From the NCBI GenBank assembly GCA_015680685.1, contig MNCI01000838.1:74855-138854 (forward strand): a stretch of 64,000 nucleotides of DNA. The letters run 5' to 3'. A program made the position numbers and the translations under genes. Position 1 is the first letter of the stretch, and each line of letters opens with the position of its first letter. Below the pieces are notes generated by a model. The model was not told where the DNA came from. It did not search any database and saw nothing but the letters and a program-made list of their open reading frames with translations. Of the stretch, positions 23,577 through 36,700 are shown in pieces. Origin of the DNA: Gnetum montanum (Eukaryota > Plantae > Gnetophyta).

Positions 23577-25085
23577 GGGGGCACCCTGAATGGTTTGGTC
23601 GATCAAACAAGGACTTAATTGACATCTATATAGCCTTTTGCAACATATAATTTGAAAATAGGGTGAGAATGAAAAGTAATGCTTGAAAGTAAATAAATCA
23701 AAAAATAATGCAACACACAAAAATAAGCAAGAAACAAAGTAAAATGCAGTTAGAAAAATGCATCACTCTGAAGCTACAAGTTTTCTCTGTCAGGGTGGAT
23801 ACAGTCAATTGCACAGTATGATGGAGTGCAGAGATACCAAGAGTAACCAAGACATGTATAGCAAGGCAGGTTATGTGCTTGGGCATGAACTTAGGTGCTA
23901 ACAATGTGTGGATTCTACCAAGGTGGTAGAAGGGGACAAAACAAAATGTCAGTTGAGAATGCTAACTGTTTGCAGTGTCAAACAAAAAGCTTACACAATG
24001 CTAGATGTTACAACGTGCTAGGAGGAGAACTTGAGTGCTAGAGAGAGGAAAATTTGGGAACTTGAAAAGAATTTGAACCCTTTGTATGTTGCTCGTCGGG
24101 GTATTTATAGGTCCAAGGGCTCATGAAAGGGACAATTTAGACACCACGTGTCCTGGGCCTTCGTTGACTTACTTGTGCTGCACGTGCCAGTATGACTATT
24201 GGACGTGCATGACTGTTGTGACTTTGAGTCTACTATGCTATAACTATGAGCCTGCCATGTTGTAATTGCACCATCAACATCTGGAGACGTGTGCCAATGG
24301 TCTAGTTAGGTGAAGTGCATTGATGTCACCAACCACCCATATGCTTTGCTATGTGTTGTAGCATAGCATGCTTGGCGTAGCGTAGCACGTTGTCTTGTGT
24401 TTTGCTACACATATGCTACATATTTGCTACACTATGTTATGCTATGTAGCTTGGCGTAGCATAGTGTCTAGCATTAATTGTGAAAACCTAGCCAATCTGC
24501 AAACCTTTCTTCCTACACTACGGAACTTGCAACCTTGCTGGCCTTGCCCTTCGAGCTCCCTTCTATCTCTTCCGCAAGATTGCTATGCCTCACTGCATCA
24601 TGTAGCTCAGCATAGTGTAGTAGTAGACATAGTCTACCACTTCCTAATGGAAAGGGACATTGTTGAAGGACTTGAAGTTGTGCAATGAAACTAGATGTAT
24701 GGTTATTGTTATGTTATGCTACGCTACGTAGCATAGCGTAGCATGGCACTTTGCTTTGAAAATGTTTTTTGAAGCTTACTATGATACATAGCAGGGCGTA
24801 GCATAGTGTAGCAGACTTCATGCCTTAGAAAAGTTACCGAACTATTTCATGCATCCAGAATGCTGCTACCAACTCCATGCATCATTTTTGAGCAGGCTAT
24901 CGGCTGGGCAGGCTACTTGGATGGACAAGAAGGACGATCCGTAAAGCCTATTCATGCCCAAAGTAGAAAATTTGCCAAACTGGTTGGCCTAAACTTAGAG
25001 CATTCTCCTCCCAAAGAACCTCCATAATGCTGCACAAATTGCAATGACTGGTGAAGCGAGAATGACCTCGCATTTATTGGGGGAT
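23577..25085 (-). repeat. Main part of the 3' LTR of element B (remainder at 15552-15608)
   Basis: 23580-23885 is closely similar to the B 5' LTR at 38335-38635; TATAAATA near 24102-24109. Confidence 0.85.
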
Positions 25086-27825
25086 AGCTGAGATGTCATC
25101 TTCCTCAAGGAGATAGCTTCCACCCAATAGGTAAAGTACTCTATGGTGGTGATAATGAAACTATGCCTTGTGGAGGACTTAGGTGTGATAGGCTCTATGA
25201 GGTCTAGTCCCCATCGTTGGAAGGGCCACATGGTTTGTGTTGGGTGTAGGTCTATAGGTGCTATGTGTATGAGATTTGCATATCTCTAGCATGTGTCACA
25301 CATCTTAACTTTTGAAAGGTATTCACACTCCATGTGGAGCCAGTAGTATCCTAGGCATTTGATTTTTGCAGCCATAGCCCTAGGTGCTATGTGTCCACTA
25401 CAAAGCCCCTCATGCACTTCATTAACTACCTTCTACGCCTGCTCTCCACCCACACATGCTAGCAATATCCTATTGTAGGAACATCAACACAGGGAGTTAT
25501 TTCCCATGAGCATGTATTGCTAGGCATGCTTACGGATTGCATCTCTCTGGGCAGATGTCAATCCACCTAGGGGTTCGCCATGCTATAGGTAAGTTTTAAT
25601 ATTGGCATACCACTCCTAGGTATTTGAGCACTGACAGAGGCCACGTGTTCTACTTGAATGATAGGCTCTGCACATTTGATAACTGAAGTTGGTAGATTTA
25701 CCAAGGAGTGTGATGGAATGTTTAACGCAAGGGTAGCTAAGGAATCTACTATGGTGTTCTCGTTGCGTGGCATGTGTTGCACATCTATGGTCGCAAACTA
25801 CTTAAGCAAGGTTTTTTCTAGGTCATAGTAGCACTGCAAGTGCGTAGCCTTGCAGGCGTAGACTTCGGTGATTTGATTCACAACTAGTTGTGAATCTCCC
25901 TAGATTACCAAGTGTTGTATGTGCAGTGCTTGGGCAGTTAAGAGGCCTCTGAGAAACCCTTCATATTATGCCATATTGTTGGTACATGGGAATGCAAAAT
26001 GATAAGAAAATGGATGCATTTTACCAGAAGGGAACGTGATGATGGCAGCTACCCCTCATGTGGTTGATGTGCCTTTGAAATGTAAAGTGGCTTTGAGATG
26101 TGATGGGACAAATTTGACATTGCTAATGTGCTCATCCAAGAATTTGGGATCTATGGTTGCCTGATCGTCAACCAACGAGGCTGTGAGTTGGGTCGCTATG
26201 GCTTGACCCTTCATCAACGATTAAATTACATAGTGTAAATCGAAGTCTGTGGTTATTTCCTTCCATTAGGCTATCCTGCTACTTTTGTATAGGTTGTTAG
26301 TGATAGCCTGAAGTATATTGCTTTTTCAAATGATGTTGGTTGTACTGCGGAATAGGTAGTGCCTCCACTTTTTTAGTGCAAACACTAAGACAAGGTAATT
26401 CCTCTCCATTTCGTTGTATTTCACCTCATGTGCTATTAGTGCATGGCTTAGATAATACATCGGTATCTCAGAACCGTCATCTTGTTTCTGACATAGCAAT
26501 GCTATGATAGATGTGTCAGAGGTCACCAGGTAGATGAAGAAGGGCTTGTCCCTTCATGGAGAATGCATAGTTTGGAGGTGTGAAAGCTCCTTCTTCAAGT
26601 CGTCAAAGGCTTGTTGACATTAGGTTGTCCACTCAAAGTTAACCCCCTTCTTTAGAAGATGCTACATGAGGTGTAAATTATCAGTCAACCTTTCAAACTA
26701 TAATTGTACTCTACCTTGCAAACCACGTAGCTCCTTAAGTTTTGTAGAAGGTGCCAGGTTGATGATGGCCTTGACTTTGTTAGGGTCCACCTGTATTCTA
26801 GCCTCTGATACTATGAACCCTAACATGCATCCGATTTTCACCTTGAAGATGCACTTCTTAGGATTGAGGCATAGGTCATGCATTTGGCAACACTTGAGGA
26901 CTATTCCTAGGCTGCATGGGTAATCAGCTACCTCCTTGGACTTGACGGCTATATCATCCATGTAGTCATTTAATGTTTCTAGGATATAGTCACTAAAGAT
27001 GTAGGTCATGGCTCGCTGGTAGGTTGCTCCAGCATTCTTGAGCCCGAAAGGCATCATGATATAGCAGAAGCTACCCCATGGGGTCATGAAGGTTATTGAT
27101 AGCTGGTGCTCTAGGTTAATGTAGATTTGGTTATATCCAGAGAAACCATCCATGAAGGATAGTAGAGCATGACCAACCATGGTTTCAATGAGCTGATCAA
27201 TGCTTGGGTGTGGGAAGTTGTCCTTGATCGTTGCCTTGTTCATGTCCTAGAAGTCTATATAGATCCGTATTCCTCCCATTTTCTTCAAAACCATAATAAT
27301 GTTGAACACCCACTCTAAGTAGCCAACCGTGTGGATGAAACCAGCTTGGTATAGCTTGGTGATTTCATCCCTCATAGCTAGTGCAATTTTTGGCTTAACT
27401 TTGCAAGTCTTCTACTTGATTACCTTCATGCACAGGTCTAGGACAATGTTGTGCTAAATCACCTACAAATATAGACCCGAAATATTATTGTACAACCATG
27501 TGAAGGCATTAATATTATCTTTCAGGATCTTGGCTATGTTGTTGTCCATTCGTGCATCCAGGAGGGAGCTAAGGTTCAATGTTTTTATCTTCCCCTTAGA
27601 CATGGTGATAGGCGTCTCGATGAGAGGGTCCTCAGTCACATCCCTAGCCTCTAAATCTAGGGATTTAACTAGATGATCGAGCCATTCTGGGAATGCTTCT
27701 AAGGTTGCTATGGTGCTAGCTGTGGCCAACCCCCAGTCGATCATGTTGGGGTTCAACTGTCTCATGAGCTTACCCTATGGACCTGCTAATGTTAAGGGCA
27801 TGGAGAGGTCGCGATGGATTTCCAT
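25086..27825 (-). pseudogene. pol: pol of element B (RT-RH-aRH-partial INT)
   Basis: FMDGFSGYNQI, MPFGLKNAGATYQR, YMDD; WPFQRWGLDLI; INT ends abruptly at the LTR. Confidence 0.95.
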
Positions 27826-28309
27826 CTCTTGCTCGACCTACCAACATGAGACAAAATCCTGGTTAAGAGGCATCTGTTGGCAGAGATTTTTTATAACAAA
27901 AATTTACAAAGTAGTGATGAGATGCAACTTGCAAAGTGTGATGATGTAAAGATTAAAAGTTTTCCATTTTAAGGTCATGGAAGACTACCAAGGTATGAGA
28001 GTGTAGAATTGCTAAAAATGTAAAACTATCAATGTAAAAGTGCAAAGCTATGAAACCGTTAATATGCAAATGTCAATCTACTAATTTAGTGTCATTTTAG
28101 ACTACCAGATTGTAACATGCAAAATTTTATCATGCAGAATGATGGTATGCAAAACAAGAAATGGCAGGTACGAGAAATGCAAAACTGTTAAGACAAACAT
28201 GTGGACTGCTAACATGAAACTGCCAGAAATTGTGACACTGCCAATGTGAAAGTGTGAAACTATGGGAAGATGCAAAACCACCCATGTAATTATGAACTAC
28301 AAATGTAAT

Positions 28310-28590
28310 AGGTCAAGACTACTGGTTTAGGATCTTTTCAAACCGTTAGAAGTGCAACTACGCTAGGATTTCTAGTTTAAGGTCTTTTCGGACCTATCAT
28401 GTTGCGGTTGCTAGGATTGCTAGTTTAAGGTCTTTTCAGACCTTTAGAAGTGCAACTACTCTAGGATTGCTAGTTTAAGGTATTTTCAAACCCATCATGT
28501 TGCGATTGCTAGGATTGCTAGTTTAAGGTCTTTTCAAACCTGTCATGTTGCGATTGCTAGGATTGCTAGTTTAAGGCCTTTTCAGACCTA
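28310..28590 (-). repeat. Tandem ggtc-N6-gacc-ttaaactag array before pol in B
   Basis: Six units of ggattgctagtttaaggtcttttc at about 45-50 nt period. Confidence 0.92.
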
Positions 28591-28927
28591 TAACGAAAAC
28601 AAATATATTCTTTTTTTGTTTTCAGGAAAGCACGAAGCTGACTCGAAGCGTGTCAAGGGTTTAATGCTAATAGTGCTATGATGTCATGGTGAGCATGCTA
28701 CACTATACGACACGCTCTGCATTAATTAGAGAGGGAGGGCAGCAAGTTTTCCCATCTTGCCATCATGGCCATAAATAGGGATTAAGCCTTGAGAATTTTG
28801 GCATTTTTACGTTAAGAGCGCAGAGCCCACATCGGAGCACAAGGCAACTTTGGAGCATGGAGCAATTATGATAGCAGCTAGTGAGGTGAGTTTTTACAGT
28901 GAAAAGTGTACATCTGTAATTAGGACA

Positions 28928-31900
28928 ATGGCTCCTAAGACTCATTTGGCACTTGCAAAGGTTAAGGAGGCGAAGAAGACCCTAGGGTGCATGAAACAAG
29001 CACACGTTGCGGTGCGGAGAAGCACACTATTGACCCAATAGGTTACGCTTCCTCTACCTTTTCTTTGTATTTTCTATTATTTGCGACTTTTGTTTTGCAT
29101 CCTATTCACTTTGCATCCATTCTTAGTTACTTGTGTTTTCTGTTGTCATACCATTTTGACCCTTGCATTTCCATTATCGTCGTTTCGCTCTTTGTAGATG
29201 CATGAACGTTGCATCATTGTTTCATGCAAGGCCACTTAAACTACCATCGCCACAGTTGTCATAACTATAGGGGCTCATGCAGTTTAGGTTTCTTGTTCTT
29301 CGAATGGCGTAACGTAGAACCCTTAGAAGGGCTAGGCCACATGTGATGTGACAATGCGACACGTGTTTCGCTAGGGCATGGTGTCCATTGTTTAGTTGTT
29401 ATGCTAGGCTACTTGCATGTTGTTGCTATGCTAGGCTTTTACACCCTTTCTATGCTATGTGTGGGTAGATGGTTATGTTACGCTATACATATGAACCATT
29501 AGGTGCTATTATATTACCCTTAGATATGATGCTATCATTTTGCAAATTATGTTGTGCAAGGCTAGGTTGAGACCTAGGCTGATTGTTTTGGAAGTTAGAG
29601 GGGTCCTATGTCATGTGAGCAGACTTTTGGCTAATGCTCCTCCTTCCCATATATGTATGGGGAACTGAGGGATCTAGTTCAGGCCAGGGACATAGGACTT
29701 CTTGAAATTCCTCCTAGACCACTTCAGCATGATCATTTGGTCCTCCCTAGAGGAGGAGGAGGTAGCCATCGTTACGAAGTCCATTTTCCTATGGAAAGCC
29801 GAGGCATCTTGAGGTTCTTGATTGATGGGGCAATCACAAGCAAGTGGGGAGAAGGATCTAGCAAGTTCCCAACAGGGTTAAGGTGCTTGGCCTGGATCTG
29901 GGAGATGATCAAGTACAACTTCTACCACCACCTCAACACATTGTTCCTTGCACATTTTATGATAACATGCTTTCAGAACCATCAAGCAATTATCTACATT
30001 ATTGGTGGATGAGTTTTATAACTTTTTTCTACTATGTTTTTGCAATGTTGGCCATGGTGGCCTAATGCTAATAGTATGCATTTTCTACCAGGTTCTTCCT
30101 TGACAAGAATGGTGTTCATCACCTATCAAATCTACTAGCCACAGCACAACTAGCCCTACAAGAGTTTTCTTCTACTAAGAAGCTGTAGGTAGGCGTGATT
30201 TGTCAATGTGGGGGTGAATATCACACCTACCCAGGCATGTATTTTCCCCTCTACAATCAATGCAAGGGGCAGGGCTGGTTGGACAAGGAGTGAGCAAAAC
30301 CCTTCAATCCGATCATGGTTGACCAAGTTCTAGTTGAACTATCATAGTTTCCCACTACCATACTAACCTGGTAGGTTGAGTGCTATGTGTCATATGTTTA
30401 AATGTCTTTGAAAATTTTGAATTTCCTACATCTTTGTGCTAAACATTTTGTGAACCTATTGTAGGGGTAAAGAAGCCTAAGGAGGTGACGGTGGTAACCA
30501 CTGAGGCACAAGGGATGAACATCTACTTCAAGTATGGGAAAGTAGAGAAGAGCCAGCACTAGCTAAATAGTGGGGCCTCAGACACTCTACTCTAGAACAT
30601 CGAAAAGGTGGGGCTGCTAGAACTATTCCTGGACCAGAATCTGAACATTCCTATGGTCAAGATGCTCACCTTGGTCGAATCCTTTTCTGACAAGGTGGGT
30701 CGTTTTCACCTACATGTGCATGTCATGCAAGTGGTCATTGAAATCAATGAAAAGCTATTTGTGGATCTATTCAGCGTCCCTACCAAAGGCATTTTGGTCG
30801 GGTAAAAATCCAAGATGGAGTTGACGTTTCAGAAGAAGGACCTCCAGGAGTGGCTAAGGCTCGTCAAGGAGCATAAGGGGCTCCCTATGGAGAAACTCAA
30901 GGAAGGACCCACCAAGGAGTTCTACTGTATCTTTTGTGCTCATGCATTCCCCCAGTTGCTTACCCAGGGGAAGGTCCTGGGGCTTGAGCAGGCCTGGATA
31001 ATGCCTGAGGTCATGGAGGAGGGGACTTGTTACAACTGCGCTGAGTCTCTATGTAAAGGCTTGTGGGCTGAGATCTTTGGGCACTATGCGAAAATGGAGT
31101 CCCGTTTCAACATCCACTATGCCTTTTATATAGGCTTCCTTAAGAATTTCATGGATTTCCTGGTGGTTTTGGAGAGAGGAAACTAGGTCTTGCAGAATCG
31201 CAACTAGATTTCCAAACCCTAGATTTGCCAGGTCGTTCATACCATTTGAGCCCAGGATCCCCCAAAAATAGTTGGGGAGTCATTTTCTGTAAAGACTAAG
31301 GATCGGGTGGCCTGCAATGTTCATGGCCAAGACAGTGTAGGAGAGACACCACCCACCATGGATGGTAGCATATCTTGGGGTGAACATTTCATAGCTGAAA
31401 TGGTGGCCAGTGAATTTTAGTGGAAGAGGCCTCTCCCAGCCCTTCACGTGGAGGAGGAGAAGGGGCAAATACTATGGCCTAAACTACAGAGGACGTGACC
31501 TCCTATTGGTAAGTGCTTTCATTCAATACTTACTTTTTTGTTGTCTGCTATGCTATGCTATGCTAGATGGCATAGCATAGCATAACATTTGCCTTAGGCT
31601 ACTTGCTTTGAACTAATGCCAATGGGTTTGAATATTAGAAGAAAGAGAAGAAGAAGAAGCAGGTGATGAAGAGGTGTCAACCCCTAAGGCAGGGACGATG
31701 AATAAGGACACGAAGGCCCTAGTTTTGGAGATATGAGCTCTAGTTAAGAAGAAGGAAGCTCCTACGACTAAGGCAAGGGCTCTCATCATTAGGGAGAATC
31801 CTCCTACTGAGGAGTCCCCCTTGAATAAACAAGATGCTAGTCTCCTCAAACAAAAAGCACTAGTGCATGAAGAGGAGGTTCATAGGGACTTGGGAGGAAC

Positions 31901-33304
31901 TTCTGGCTAGGCCTCCGCCATCAAAGAGTGACCGCAACTAGATGTTGGTGAGTTTGGCAATATGTCTGTCTTGTCGTAGTCCATTTTGGTCATTGCTAAT
32001 GTGTTTGGGGTATGCGACAGATGCTACTGTTGATGCCACAGGGACCACTCCAGTTCACACCGGGCCTTGGGTAGGAAATCCCTAACAAATTCATGTTTAT
32101 GTAGGGGATTGTTGATGACATGATTAAGCACCTTCAGCAGGTGAACCGTAAATCAGATCAGTAGTAGTGTTATCCGTTCTCGTGATGCTATGCTAAAGTT
32201 TCTTGCGTTTTCTACTTGTGCTATGCTAATATGACTAGTGTATTCTTTGTATCATGGTATCCTCTCAACTCAAATGGGATCCAACATGACCTTTGAAAGT
32301 TGGTGTTGTGTCCACATTCCCACCGGAAGTGATCGAGGTGTCTCATCGTGCATACGATGAGGTTTGCAAATGTGCTTTGCACTCGGTGTGCTCCCTATGG
32401 GAGTGCAAGCATACCAACGAGCTATGGAAATGAGCCCAAAAGGCATAACAAAGGGAGGCTGACCTTAGGACTGAGGTGGAGGACCTTAAGTTAAGGAATG
32501 AGTTCCTTCTATCCTACAAAACTAACAACGAGGACTGGCACACCATAGTGGTAGACCACGCCAGGTTTTGGATAGTTGCGCACTAAAATGTTGAGACTAC
32601 CCATGAACTAATAGAGCAGTGGATGCAAATGGACCTACTAGACTAGAAGTGTCAAGATCTAAAAGACCTTAGTGCCAAAATTTTCAAATGGGGGTAGACC
32701 CAAAGAAACCATAAGCATATGTATAAATAGGAAAATGCCACCCATCGCAAGTTATATGAAGATGCTGTTGTGGAGGTATTTATGTATGAAGTGTTCATAA
32801 ATTCCATTGACGCTTCTGAGGCTTACACCATGTTGAAAGGGTAGGTCAAGGTGACGAGAGCTCCTAACCCAAAGGTGACCCTTTGCATAGGAGAGGTTAC
32901 GGTTGTCCCCTATGCTTTGGGGCCACCACGGTGGACACCCATCGAAAGGGGGAGAGCTGCCACAGTAGATTCTACACCAGACAGAAGGCATTGGGTAGAT
33001 ATCATGACATAGGAGGTCTAGCGTCATCTCAGGCTTGGCTTAGGCTAGATACCTTTCGAGATAGATGCAGGACCTCCTCAGGTTAGTTTCATTCTACTGT
33101 GTTAATGTTTATGTGCTATTGTAGTTTGTGTTTGTTGGCCTTATTGACCACTTTACCCCTACAATGCAAGCTTCAAGTGATGGTGCTGCACTCATAGAGG
33201 GAGGGAATGAAGAGCCAGCGAGGGACAAAGCAGCGGAAGACAATGTGAAGGGAGATGATGTAAGAACGAATGGTGAAGATGATGCAACCAGAAATGACCC
33301 ATGA
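28928..33304 (+). pseudogene. Antisense multi-exon accessory gene of element B
   Basis: Predicted exons: 28928-29037, ~29200-29375 (uncertain), 29560-30008, 30092-30370, 30465-31508, 31639-31947, 32021-32156, 32261-33081, 33170-33304; several sites are mutated GT>AT or AG>AA but intact in A or C. Confidence 0.85.
29560..30008 (+). pseudogene. Exon 3: FCP1/NIF-like domain (copy B, frameshifted)
   Basis: RLIVLEVRGVLCH...FRPGT.DFLKFLLDHFSMIIWSS...LRCLAWIWEM...LNTLFL...FQN. Confidence 0.75.
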
Positions 33305-33469
33305 TAGCATGGGATTTTCTCTTTTTTTTGAAAATTTAAAATTTTGGAAATTTTGTGTAATGAATTTTGTAAACATTGAAAGACAACCATTTTGGATGAA
33401 GCAAGAAGATTTTTCACAAATTTGCATATTGCATACATGCATTTTTCATAGAATGTTTATGCTTTCATG

Positions 33470-33680
33470 TGCTATTTTTAGGCCATTTTAGGCCATTGCT
33501 AGTTTTAGGCTATTTTAGGCCATCGCGTAATATGCCAAAGGGATGATGCATCAATGACTTGAACAAAAGCTAACCAGTGACTTGTGCTAGTTTTAGGCCA
33601 TTTTGGGTCATAGCATAGCATTGCTAGTTTTAGGCCATTTTGGGTCATTGCGTATCGCTAGTTTTAGGCCATTTCGAGCC
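33470..33680 (-). repeat. ggcc-N6-ggcc-taaaactag array after PR in B
   Basis: gctagttttaggccatttt repeated. Confidence 0.88.
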
Positions 33681-33739
33681 ATAATGTTAAAGCATATGAG
33701 TAGTGTGTGGGCAGGAAGCAGTGGGGTTGCTACACTAGG

Positions 33740-36700
33740 TGATGCTGCTTCTTGACCCAACATGGCTTGAATGAGACATAAGATCGAGGCACTCTACTAG
33801 GGCCTTCGTCCACGTCATCGCTTCCCCCTAGAAGGGCAACTCAGTCCATACATTTTTGTTTAGGGGATCAACTTGTTGAGCTAACCCCTCTATCAGGTAA
33901 TCAGTGTAGGTTGCAATAGATGCTTCATTCTCAAAAGTTATAACTTATGAGCCTTCTTCCACGCCTATGTTGTGGATCGCTTGCATTGCTATTTTGTCAC
34001 CATGGATCATCACTTCTCTACCTGCGTAAGGCAAGTGGATCTCCTAGTGTATGGGCAAGGAGATAGCCCTAAGTTGTGATAACCATGATCTCCCCAAGGT
34101 CAGGTTAAACCTAGGCATCTCCTCAACCACAATGAACATTGCATCTGTGGGGAGCTGGTCCCCTACTACGATGTTTATGTGAACGGTGCCCTTTACCATG
34201 ACTCGTGCCCCATTGAACAACCTTAGGCATGACATTGTTATGGGCTTGACATGGTCAACCAATCCCAGCTTGTCTACAATGGGGAAAGGGACGACATTCG
34301 TGGTAACCCGATCATCAATGTGTATCCTTCGAATCCAGTGTTGATCAACCCAAATTATGATGAACAGGGATGACGTGGTCACCTAACCCTTCCTAGGGTC
34401 TTCCCTAATGGCATCGTCATAGAAGGTTAGTGGAGGCTATTCTGGCCCTACAGGTGCAGAGGGAAGCATGACTAAGTAGATCACTTCCTCCTTCGCTAGC
34501 ATGTCTTCATTGACTAGAGTCACTGTCAACATGTGGATCAAAGCCTTGCAGTGTGGAGTAGATGTCATGGTCAAGTCATACAAGCTCACCGTAGTATTCT
34601 TTTGCTTTAGAGCTTGTTTGACCTATGTGAGGGAATCTAAGAGGTCTTGGCTACCTCCTAGTTTGATGCCTTCCTCCTCTTCTATTCGTCCTAGAAGATG
34701 AATTTCTCGAGGAGAAGCAACCTCAAATCTAGGCTCAGATCCTTGTTGGCAGAGTGATGTAGGCTATGTCATCATGTCAACCTTTGTCTTTGGTACAAAT
34801 GCAAGGGTGAGGACGTAGGCTTGGGAGTACCTAGGATAGTACCTTCCTTAGATGTCTCACCTATGAAGTGGACTTCTCTCCTTGCAGGACGAGAAGGCTG
34901 CTCAGTTGTTTCGCATGAGACAGGGGCCATCAAGAACATCAGCCCCCTGATGACGAATGGGGCTAGAGGTGTTAGCGAGCAGGACCGCGTGGCCCTGTCG
35001 ATAGATGGCATGAAAGTGGATGCCCATGGTGGAACTTTTAGGATGAAAGGTTTTTGTGAGCTTTGATTAGCCACTCATGGTACTGGTGCACTGCACTAAG
35101 GTACATGGATTACAAATGGCTTCTGGGGTGGCCTAGGATCACTGTCGATGCTAATGGTGTTGATTACATGATCGACATTGTTGGCGTTGAGCGGGTCTAT
35201 GTAGACATACATAGATTGGTTTTCAAGGCATACTGGGTTACTTTCATCCAACACCAATTTTCCCTGGTTGATTAATCTCGGGATGTCATCCTGTAATGCT
35301 AGGCAATAATTCATGTTGTGATCACACTATTGGTGGTATTCACAAAATCTTTCTAGCCTGAAACCCCTAGGAACTGGAGGCTCATTGGGTAGGGCCAAAG
35401 AGAGGTTCCTAAGGAGCTTGTAGTAATGTTGATGTTTCATGGTTGCTTCTTCTAACATTTTTTTGTGTCAAATGTATCCCACTACCAACAGTTGCTTTAG
35501 AAGTTCCAAAGGCTTAAGAGTTAGTGGGGTGTACTTTGAGCGGTCTTTGCACTCAAAGTTGGGCTTGGGTTGTGTAGATGTTTCAAGTGTAGTTACAGTA
35601 GGTTGCAGCACATGGCCTAGTTTGGATGCAGGGTTAGCCGCAAGTGTGGCTAGTTTCTTGCTATTCTTGCTACCATTGTTGCTAGGTTTGGGCTTGGCCT
35701 CAGCTATCATAGTGGCCATTGTGGTTGTTGGGGCTTTACCATTTTCCTTCTTTACAAAGGTATTCTTGTAAGCGATGTAGGTCAGGTCTTTACTCGCCTC
35801 GGCCATGTCTTGTATGCTCTTAGTTTGAGTAAAATCCTGACTAAGAGAGTGAGGAGTGAGGTAATATAGTTTGGACTTGATGAAGTCATTCACTACACCC
35901 TTAAAGATGGCCAGCAGGTGGGCCTCTGTGATGGGCTCATGGATCTCATTAAGGGTTGCGCTCCAATGCTGGATGAACTTTTGGACTGGCTCTAGGGGGT
36001 CTTGCTTCACATCCATCAACTGGTCCAGTGTGGTTTCTGGCTTCAAGTTCTACTTGAAGCATGTCACAAACTAGGTCAGTAACTCTTCCAAAGTTGAAAT
36101 GGATGAGCATGGAAATGCATGATACCAATCCAAGGCTTTCCCAACTAGGGACATGAAAAATACATGAATGATCATGTGCAAGCATTGCTATAGTAGTAGA
36201 GACTCAGATCTGAAGGTGACAAGATGTGCATTGGGATCTCCCTCGCCATCGTTCTTCGTGAAATGTAGGAGAGACATCCCTGGGGGTAGCATCAAAGTAG
36301 GGATTGCAAGGTTGATAGGGTCATCCTGGTAAAAGTCCATGACTTGTACTATGTTAGACCCAGTAGCTTTGAGGTGTTTTATTTCCTCAGTGAGGGTCTA
36401 GATGAGTTGAAATGCTTGGTCCAGACCCGATGACGTTGTAGATGGTTGGGGTGCTACGGAGGATGTTCCTGCATGTGGTATGGTGGGGGTGGTGGTGTGA
36501 TCCATTGGCTGTACCATTTGAATGATCCCTGAAAGCGGTGTTGCTTGTGTTGCCCACCACCTGGTAGGTGGTGTTGTTAAGGCAGTGACTGTAGTTTGGA
36601 CTACAGGATAGACTACTTGTATCATCAGCAGCGTAGACCATAGCCCTGTGTTAGGCTGTGCCAACTGTGAGGCTTGGTGTGTTTGAAAGTGCATGTAGTG

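Noticed and set aside
28310-28590. Regularly spaced repeats resembling a CRISPR array
   Set aside because: Spacers are themselves repeated, there are no cas genes, and the context is a eukaryotic retrotransposon
28928-33304. Antisense gene as a resident host gene
   Set aside because: It occurs at the same position and orientation inside three separately inserted elements and decays with them
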